DNA of 32,000 nucleotides from Candidatus Thorarchaeota archaeon (GTDB taxonomy: Archaea; Asgardarchaeota; Thorarchaeia; Thorarchaeales; Thorarchaeaceae): NCBI GenBank assembly GCA_008080745.1, contig SHMX01000004.1:330001-362000 (forward strand), written 5' to 3'. The notes under the pieces were generated by a model that had not been told where the DNA came from, did not search any database, and saw nothing but the letters and a program-made list of their open reading frames with translations. The first letter of the stretch is position 1. The number at the start of each line of letters is the position of its first letter. Below, one piece after another: positions 26,072-32,000 of this stretch. Both the position numbers and the translations under genes were made by a program.

Positions 26072-28141
26072 TTGGTAAAAATGACTATTTACAAGATGGC
26101 ACTCGAAGAATTCAATCCTACTATCGCCAAGGATATAATTCGAAGACTCTCAATGATTCATAGACCTCAATTTTCGTCCAGCTATTCAGATGCGGTGACA
26201 GAAGTCGAAAAATTTCTTAAAGAATATGATATTGACTATCAAATCAAGAAATTTCCAGCAGACCGTAGAACGAAATTCAACAACTTTCCCTCTTCTCCTT
26301 TATGGGTTCCTAAAAGTGGCTTTTTGGAGATTATCGATCCCGATGTTTCGGAAATAGGTCTCAAATCTCTATTACCAAATAAACGCCTTGCAAGTTTTAG
26401 AGAAGTCCCCTTGTCTATTATACAGCGGAGTATTCCAACTCCTTCAGGCTCTGTAGAATGTGAGTTGGTTGATATTGGTCGTGGATATTCTGATAGAGAT
26501 TATGAGCATATAGATGTGGAAGGAAAAGTTGTTTTAACTTCATCAAATCCAGATAGAATTAGAAAACTTGCAGTTCACAAATATGGAGCCGTCGGTATTG
26601 TTACTGATAGAAGAGAAAGTTTTCCTCTTCAAGAAGAACCTGCACTTAGTAACTATAGACTTTATTCTAGTTTCTGGTGGTATGACGAAGACCCCAGCGC
26701 ATTTGGATTTGTTATCACTCCCTTTCATGGAGATCGACTTAGAAATTATTTGAAGAATAATCAAATCTTTGTTCGTGCCCAGATTGACGCTGAATTTCGA
26801 GATGGAGAGTTTGAGGTCGTTGTAGCGGAGATTAAAGGAAAAACAGACCAAGAAGTCATTGTCACCTCTCATCTAGATCATCCAAAACCCAGTTCTGTTG
26901 ACAATGCTGCAGGGGTTGCTACTTCATTGGAACTAGCTAGGACTCTGAAAGCTCTCATTGATAATGGATCTCTTAACACGCCTATTAGGACGATTAAGTT
27001 CGTTTTTATGAATGAATTCACTGGTTCTTCAGCGTATATTCGAGATAGAATGAATGATGGGTCCCTTGAAAGAATTGTAGGCGGAATTAACATTGATATG
27101 GTGGGTAATGACCAAGAACGTACTGGTGGGTCTTTTCTCGTAGTGCTACCCTCTCTAGCGAATTATTCATACATAGGCCCTGTTGCTAGTTGGCTCTTCT
27201 CCTATTTAATCGGGCATGAGCCAGACTTCGCAGGAAGTCAAGATGTTGCTGACTTCAAGTGGCAGATTGTTCCATTCAGTGGCGGCAGTGATTATTACAT
27301 CTACAATGCTCCCAGTATTGATGTACCTATGATTGGAGTAACAAGCTGGCCTTATACTTACTATCACACCGATAATGACCTACCAGAGATGATATCGGAA
27401 AAAATGATTAAGAAGTACGGTGTATTTGCATCAAGTCTTATCTATCTACTTAGTGATCTCGATGAGCTCTCTGTACCCTGGCTTATTGATATGATAATAT
27501 CCGAATTCGGAAAGAAGGTCGATCTGATAAGTCAAAATCTTCTAACAACAATAGTTACATCTCGAGGAATTCGCATCGGAAAAGGAAAGAAATCTCTAAT
27601 TCAGAGTCAAGATTGGGCATACAATCGCATGATACTACTACGGGAGTCTTATCATGAAGCAATTCTCTCCATTAGACGATTAGTTCCCGATGTATCAGAT
27701 AATTTGATTTGGGACGCTTTTGAAGAGATGAACGATTCTATCAAGATTGAGAAGGAACGATTAGAACGAATTTTTGAGCAATGGGATATCCCTCAGTCTC
27801 GAGAGGAGAAACATGAGGATATGGCAAATCTAATTCCTATTAGAGAGGTTGGTGTGGGTCCAATTGACAGAAGCTATTTCTATTCGGAACTATCATACGA
27901 AGAAGAACGGGAGATTCGAAGAATAGTAGGAGACCTAAGTGTTACTACACTTCCAGTGTTTACACTCATCGATTTCTGGATTGATGGTAGAAACAGTGCA
28001 AAGAAGATTGCTGATAATGTCTATGCTGAAACAGGTTTTAATCTGGATGAAGTTGTCTATAAGCTTCTCGGATTTCTTGAAAAACATAATCTCATTCGAT
28101 TTGGGAAAAATGAAGATACTCAAAGTGAGAAATCTCATTAG
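26072..28141 (+). CDS. M28-family Zn metallopeptidase with PA domain and C-terminal winged helix (DUF4910-like)
   Basis: PA-like insert (DIGRG...DVEGKVVL), ligand motifs SHLDH, VDNAAG, NEFTG, NIDMVG, GGSD and YYHT; C-terminal WIDGRNSAKKIA...LGFLEKHNLI. Starts 7 nt after the cphB stop (TTG; alternative ATG at 26081). Confidence 0.85.
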   Translation: MVKMTIYKMALEEFNPTIAKDIIRRLSMIHRPQFSSSYSDAVTEVEKFLKEYDIDYQIKKFPADRRTKFNNFPSSPLWVPKSGFLEIIDPDVSEIGLKSLLPNKRLASFREVPLSIIQRSIPTPSGSVECELVDIGRGYSDRDYEHIDVEGKVVLTSSNPDRIRKLAVHKYGAVGIVTDRRESFPLQEEPALSNYRLYSSFWWYDEDPSAFGFVITPFHGDRLRNYLKNNQIFVRAQIDAEFRDGEFEVVVAEIKGKTDQEVIVTSHLDHPKPSSVDNAAGVATSLELARTLKALIDNGSLNTPIRTIKFVFMNEFTGSSAYIRDRMNDGSLERIVGGINIDMVGNDQERTGGSFLVVLPSLANYSYIGPVASWLFSYLIGHEPDFAGSQDVADFKWQIVPFSGGSDYYIYNAPSIDVPMIGVTSWPYTYYHTDNDLPEMISEKMIKKYGVFASSLIYLLSDLDELSVPWLIDMIISEFGKKVDLISQNLLTTIVTSRGIRIGKGKKSLIQSQDWAYNRMILLRESYHEAILSIRRLVPDVSDNLIWDAFEEMNDSIKIEKERLERIFEQWDIPQSREEKHEDMANLIPIREVGVGPIDRSYFYSELSYEEEREIRRIVGDLSVTTLPVFTLIDFWIDGRNSAKKIADNVYAETGFNLDEVVYKLLGFLEKHNLIRFGKNEDTQSEKSH

Positions 28142-28208
28142 GAGTCAAATTTGATACGGTGACAGGATTTTTGGGTTGGATATTTCATGAAGACGGGAAT
28201 CGGTAATA

Positions 28209-28538
28209 TTATTCCTGCAAATTATCTGATTCTTCATCAACCCTGAGAACCAGAGGTCTTGCTTCTAGTATTGATTGAACAATTTTACTACGTCCACTCT
28301 GGAGAAATCTCCAAATAGTTCCTCTAGATACGCCCATTATCTGGCCAGCTTGTTCCTGATACATACCATCATAATCTACCAACTTTATCGCTTCGAATTC
28401 TGCAGCATCAAGAAATATCTGTTCTCCTTCACTAGAAGGTTCAGGTATCATCTTTCGAGCTTCAGGTATTGTGCTGATCTCGGGTTGAATTGGTAATCTC
28501 CCACGTCTTCCTCGTCGTCGTCGTCTCATTTTTCTCAC
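28209..28538 (-). CDS. DUF134-family predicted DNA-binding protein
   Basis: Poly-Arg N-terminus, IFLDAAEFEAIKLVDYDGMYQEQAGQIMGVSRGTIWRFLQSGRSKI (HTH). GTG start, alternative ATG at 28529. Confidence 0.9.
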   Translation of the reverse strand: MRKMRRRRRGRRGRLPIQPEISTIPEARKMIPEPSSEGEQIFLDAAEFEAIKLVDYDGMYQEQAGQIMGVSRGTIWRFLQSGRSKIVQSILEARPLVLRVDEESDNLQE

Positions 28539-28619
28539 TCTTCAATTGTGTGTAATATATATTTTAGTTGCTCTAGCACCATCATTCGTTATATTTTTGA
28601 ATAACCTTTATATACACTG

Positions 28620-28646
28620 TTAACTATATTATAGTTAATTAACTAT
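28620..28646. promoter_or_regulatory. Three alternating TTAACTAT half-sites forming two overlapping palindromes
   Basis: TTAACTATA-t-TATAGTTAA (28620-28638) overlaps ATAGTTAATTAACTAT (28631-28646); both are perfect. Confidence 0.45.
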
Positions 28647-28869
28647 GTTTAACGGTCGAAATGTTATGAATATCCCTCGGTTAAAGCACATGTTGAAATC
28701 GTTGTCCAAGAAACAGAATCTGCGAACAAAACTTCTGAGGTCTATTGGAAAGAAGAATATTGATTCTGAAGACCGATTCTATCTCTCTGATTGTGCTAAA
28801 TCAATGCAATTCGAAAAACACACCGATTTCTTGAATGAATCTGGCTACAATTGTGGCATCGCGCATTAA
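28645..28869 (+). CDS. Small hypothetical protein (basic), doubtful
   Basis: 74-aa ORF filling an otherwise empty gap; no family recognised and no clear RBS. Confidence 0.35.
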   Translation: MFNGRNVMNIPRLKHMLKSLSKKQNLRTKLLRSIGKKNIDSEDRFYLSDCAKSMQFEKHTDFLNESGYNCGIAH

Positions 28870-28936
28870 TAATGATCAACCGCTTCAGTTATTATTTGAT
28901 AACATAATTATGGACCATTTACAAAATTTTATATTC

Positions 28937-28972
28937 GTTCATATGCACAGTATTATTATCGTGCGTATGCAC
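28937..28972. promoter_or_regulatory. Tandem near-palindromic operators, consensus GTGCATATGCAC
   Basis: GTTCATATGCAC (28937-28948) and GTGCGTATGCAC (28961-28972), each one mismatch from the perfect palindrome, just downstream of TTTTATAT (28927-28934). Confidence 0.55.
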
Positions 28973-28988
28973 ATAATGAGATGATCTA

Positions 28989-29270
28989 ATGAGATACGGA
29001 AGACGCGGAAGAGGCGGTGGATATGGTCGAGGAGCATATCCCGGAAACGGTCCGTTCAGTCATTTGCCACCATGGGAGCGACCTGGTTGGATTTATGGAC
29101 GCGGTGCTTGTTGGACTATGGGTTATTGGAACGAAGATGGTACACCTATGCCAACGGAGAATATTGATAGTCTCAAACGGCAACGGGATCTCCTTCAAAC
29201 TCAACTTGAAACCATGAAGCAAGAGCTTGAACGAATAGAAAATCGTATGAAAGAACTAGAATCCCAGTGA
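28989..29270 (+). CDS. DUF5320-like Gly/Arg-rich protein with C-terminal coiled coil
   Basis: MRYGRRGRGGGYGRG, PPWERPGW, GRGACW, then heptads LKRQRDLLQTQLETMKQELERIENRMKELE. This family usually accompanies DUF134. Confidence 0.85.
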   Translation: MRYGRRGRGGGYGRGAYPGNGPFSHLPPWERPGWIYGRGACWTMGYWNEDGTPMPTENIDSLKRQRDLLQTQLETMKQELERIENRMKELESQ

Positions 29271-29305
29271 AGGAATTACCTTCATTGGTTATTCTATTTT
29301 ATTTT
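29265..29305 (+). terminator. Hairpin plus U-rich tract at the DUF5320-like stop
   Basis: CAGTGAAGG-aatta-CCTTCATTG stem (one G-U pair), followed by GTTATTCTATTTTTATTTT. Confidence 0.5.
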
Positions 29306-29430
29306 GTAAAAATATCTTCACACAATTAGAGTGGTTTTGAATATCAATTCTCATCTTTATTTCTAAAAGCCTATTAGGAATGATTTATTGACAATGAATA
29401 AAACATTCATGATTCATTGGAGATTTGTAA

Positions 29431-29655
29431 ATGAGTTCACACATTTTACTAAATCAAGTGGATAGACTCATCAATTCCGGTGCTGTAAGGATTTTCATTC
29501 CAATAAGCGTCCTCAACCAAATTGATGACAATGTCCGTGATGCAATTTCTCGTGTCTGCAAAGGTAATGATATAGAATTACAATTGACCACAAGCGATCG
29601 AGTAAAAGGTTTGGTCCATATGCCTGATGGTGAAAAAGTAATGATTGAGCTGTAA
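29431..29655 (+). CDS. Small hypothetical protein (74 aa)
   Basis: GGAG RBS upstream of the ATG; globular alpha/beta-like composition; no family recognised. Confidence 0.65.
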   Translation: MSSHILLNQVDRLINSGAVRIFIPISVLNQIDDNVRDAISRVCKGNDIELQLTTSDRVKGLVHMPDGEKVMIEL

Positions 29656-29679
29656 CGACCTAAACAAATTCATTGATTT

Positions 29680-30039
29680 TTAAGGACTCCGTGATTCATT
29701 AAGATATTCAATGTACTCTATCCCCCATTTATGAATGGAGTCGAGAACTTTTTTCAATGTCTTTCCGATTTCTGTAAGTGAATATTCAACTCGTGGGGGG
29801 ACTTCTTTGTATACTTCACGTGTCACAATCCCATCTGTTTCTAGTTCGCGTAAATGCTTGGTAAACATTCGTCGTGTAACGAATGGCATCTTTTTGTGAA
29901 GCTCCCCCGATCTATGTGTCCCATTCATGAGGTGATAGATTATCAGTGGTTTCCATTTTCCTCCAATAACTTTGAGGGTCACCTCAACAGGGGGACCATG
30001 TTCACCAAATTTACGGAGTTCTCTCTTAGAACTAGCCAT
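29680..30039 (-). CDS. HxlR/DUF24 (MarR-type wHTH) transcriptional regulator
   Basis: PVEVTLKVIGGKWKPLII, MFTKHLRELETDGIVTREVYKEVPPRVEYSLT. Confidence 0.95.
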   Translation of the reverse strand: MASSKRELRKFGEHGPPVEVTLKVIGGKWKPLIIYHLMNGTHRSGELHKKMPFVTRRMFTKHLRELETDGIVTREVYKEVPPRVEYSLTEIGKTLKKVLDSIHKWGIEYIEYLNESRSP

Positions 30040-30044
30040 ATAAT

Positions 30045-30094
30045 CACTCTCTTGATAGTATCAGGTTTGTTCCTATGTTACTTCCTTGATAGTA
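30045..30094. promoter_or_regulatory. Two near-identical 16-bp boxes YACT-N8-AGTA between hxlR and the NmrA-like gene
   Basis: CACTCTCTTGATAGTA (30045-30060) and TACTTCCTTGATAGTA (30079-30094), 13 of 16 positions identical. Confidence 0.5.
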
Positions 30095-30162
30095 CTTCCC
30101 TAAATACTCCTACTACTAGGATTAGTTTAGATAATGCCGATTCATTTGAAGTGATTATTGAT

Positions 30163-31038
30163 ATGAAATCTAAATCTGAAGTCCTAATCATAGGAGCTCC
30201 TGGCAATGTTGGTAGTTATGTTGTTGATTATGCGTTAGCCCAAAAAATGAAATTACGTATTGCTGCATATGATTTTAATGATGCTAAAGAGTCCTTCAAA
30301 GATGATGTAGATATCTGTTTTTTTGATTTTTTTGATCAATCAACATATGAATCAGCTTTCTCAGGAATTAAACAAGCTTTCATTATTCGACCTCCTCAGA
30401 TTGTTGACACAAAGGAGGGGATGATTCCCGCACTTCAATTTGCTGAAGAAGTCGGAGTGGAGCATATGGTATTTCTATCACTGTCCGGCATTAATCGTAG
30501 AATGCCTCACTACTATGTGGAACAGTTTTTGAAGAGGAGCTCAATGCGATACACCTTTTTACGAGCTGGATTCTTCATGCAAAACTTTTCCACTCGATTC
30601 TTACAAGATATTCGTGATCGTGACGAGATTTTTGTTCCTGCTGGAAAGGGGAGTATATCTCTCATAGATACGCGTGATATAGCTTCTGTTGCAGTTTATG
30701 CACTTACGAACCAAGCAAAAGAAAACCGAATATACGAACTTACAGGTAATGTTTCGCTCAATTATTACGATATCGCGAATGTATTTACTAAAATTCTGGG
30801 GAGAGATATTGTTTATCCGAAGCCATCTCCTAAAGACTTCAAAAAGAAACGATTAATGCTTGGGTGGCATCCTGAAATGATTGAGGTATTGGATATGTTA
30901 TTTAGAATGGTTAGATGGAGATTAGCTGGAAAAACATCAGATAATCTTGAGAAATTATTGAACCGAGAACCCATTACATTGGAAAAATTTGTTGAGGATC
31001 ATAAGTATCTATGGATGAAGAATACGGGAGGAGTATGA
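30163..31038 (+). CDS. NmrA-like atypical SDR, NAD(P)H-binding (291 aa)
   Basis: The start is moved from 29854 to the ATG at 30163 (MKSKSEVLIIGAPGNVG), because the extension would overlap the divergent hxlR. Further motifs: YTFLRAGFFMQNF, IDTRDIA and YELTG. Confidence 0.9.
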   Translation: MKSKSEVLIIGAPGNVGSYVVDYALAQKMKLRIAAYDFNDAKESFKDDVDICFFDFFDQSTYESAFSGIKQAFIIRPPQIVDTKEGMIPALQFAEEVGVEHMVFLSLSGINRRMPHYYVEQFLKRSSMRYTFLRAGFFMQNFSTRFLQDIRDRDEIFVPAGKGSISLIDTRDIASVAVYALTNQAKENRIYELTGNVSLNYYDIANVFTKILGRDIVYPKPSPKDFKKKRLMLGWHPEMIEVLDMLFRMVRWRLAGKTSDNLEKLLNREPITLEKFVEDHKYLWMKNTGGV

Positions 31039-31039
31039 T

Positions 31040-31471
31040 ATGATCATTTTCGGTTCGACTAGCCCGATACTGGTTGATATCAATCTGTTTATCCAAGTGG
31101 GATTAATTACAATGTTATTATTTGGAATCTACAAAAGGAAACCCTTCCTGTTTCATGGAAAAGTAATGGCGATTTCAACATTAGTGAATCTCATTACAAT
31201 TATTGGTGTGATGATTCCTTCACTTATTGTCAATTGGAATTCCTTTTTCTCTCTTCCAACGCCCCCTGGTCCAAGTATAATTCTGATACATAGCTTGGTG
31301 GGACTTATTGCAATTGCATTTGCAATCCTCTTTACATCACGTTTCTTGCTAGCTCTGAAGAACTCGGAACCACTATTATGTGGCAAACGCAGGACAATGT
31401 GGGTTACTGCAATTCTATGGCTTTACTCCTTTGGTGGTGGACTAGCGTTCTATATCTTCTATTATCTCTAG
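31040..31471 (+). CDS. DUF420-like membrane protein (4 TM)
   Basis: Four TM helices with intramembrane His (FHGKVM, LIHSLVG). Starts one base after the upstream stop. Confidence 0.7.
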   Translation: MIIFGSTSPILVDINLFIQVGLITMLLFGIYKRKPFLFHGKVMAISTLVNLITIIGVMIPSLIVNWNSFFSLPTPPGPSIILIHSLVGLIAIAFAILFTSRFLLALKNSEPLLCGKRRTMWVTAILWLYSFGGGLAFYIFYYL

Positions 31472-31656
31472 TAATGACTATCCAATTATGAACGAATATA
31501 CCCGTACGAATCATAAAATTTGTACACCTTCAATATCGCACTTTATCTCTGATTCTTAGTAGATACTCGACCCAAAAACAAATCTGTTTGTTTTCTTAGA
31601 TTCCTCCACATCTAAAACCATAAAAATAACTATTGTTAATTATTATTGTGATATGA

Positions 31657-32000
31657 ATGACGGAAAGAAATGAGAGGCGCATAAAGCTAGTAAAATCTCC
31701 CAAGATTGCTTTAGAAGGTGCAGGAGTAAAAATTTCTAGAGTTTTTGGCTATAACGATGTAAACATAATGGATCCATTTCTGCTATTGGATGATTTCGGA
31801 TCTGATAATCCTGCGGAGTTTGAAAAGGGATTTCCATGGCATCCGCACAGAGGTATCGAAACTATAACGTACATGCTTGATGGAAAAGTAAGACATCGTG
31901 ATAGTACAGGTGGTTCGGGAGTAATAGAGCCCGGTGGTATTCAATGGATGACTGCTGGGAGTGGAATTATCCATGAAGAGATGCCGGTTTCAGATAATAG
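31657..32000 (+). CDS. Pirin family protein (5' part, truncated by the window end)
   Basis: Translated by hand: MTERNERRIK...EGAGVKISRVFG...DPFLLLDDF...GFPWHPHRGIETITYMLDG...HRDSTG...QWMTAGSGIIHEEMP. Pirin metal ligands H, H, H and E are present. Not in the ORF track. Confidence 0.95.
   Translation, partial: MTERNERRIKLVKSPKIALEGAGVKISRVFGYNDVNIMDPFLLLDDFGSDNPAEFEKGFPWHPHRGIETITYMLDGKVRHRDSTGGSGVIEPGGIQWMTAGSGIIHEEMPVSDN

Noticed and set aside
29854-30162. 103-aa N-terminal extension of the NmrA-like ORF
   Set aside because: It overlaps the divergent hxlR gene and its promoter; the Rossmann motif follows the ATG at 30163 directly.
2372-31640. Identical 12-mer ACTATTGTTAAT upstream of cobB (2372-2383) and pirin (31629-31640)
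   Set aside because: Only two AT-rich, non-palindromic copies; chance or a generic promoter element cannot be excluded.
339-31974. Numerous 60-200 aa antisense or off-frame ORFs in the track (e.g. 5376..5978, 13227..13724, 7094..7459, 31783..31974)
   Set aside because: They lie wholly within well-supported genes on the other strand or frame and show no motifs, so they are shadow ORFs.
1-32000. Selenocysteine readthrough, CRISPR arrays, tRNA/rRNA genes, IS elements
   Set aside because: No gene appears cut short by TGA at a Cys position; no regularly spaced repeats, cloverleaf-like sequence, transposase motifs or terminal inverted repeats were seen by eye. tRNAscan-SE and Infernal would be needed to exclude small RNAs.

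Overview
Archaeal genomic DNA: it carries an archaeal two-repeat TBP, a COG2522-type HTH regulator and a DpsL thioferritin. A TACK/Asgard (Thorarchaeia-like) origin is my inference from the TBP sequence and gene style, not something I could test. The window is gene-dense, with about 35 CDS, and I saw no rRNA, tRNA, CRISPR array or transposase. The main result is a tightly coupled four-gene operon at 20154-28141: an apparently intact cyanophycin synthetase (CphA), a full-length CphA paralog with both active sites eroded, a cyanophycinase (CphB) with Asn where the catalytic Glu normally sits, and an M28/DUF4910 metallopeptidase in the slot where a beta-Asp-Arg dipeptidase is expected. This is a candidate archaeal cyanophycin nitrogen-storage system with a non-canonical parts list. 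Second, an HTH-iscS-iscU operon encodes an IscS that has lost the PLP Schiff-base Lys (now Arg) and the PLP-stacking His (now Thr) but keeps the catalytic-loop Cys, so it is probably a pseudo-desulfurase. Third, a 54-aa, 10-Cys desulforedoxin/metallothionein-like mini-protein next to arsC is missing from the ORF track. Several candidate operators (upstream of tbp, the DUF134/DUF5320 pair, hxlR and the isc operon) were found by eye. All family assignments come from motif recognition; no database search was run.
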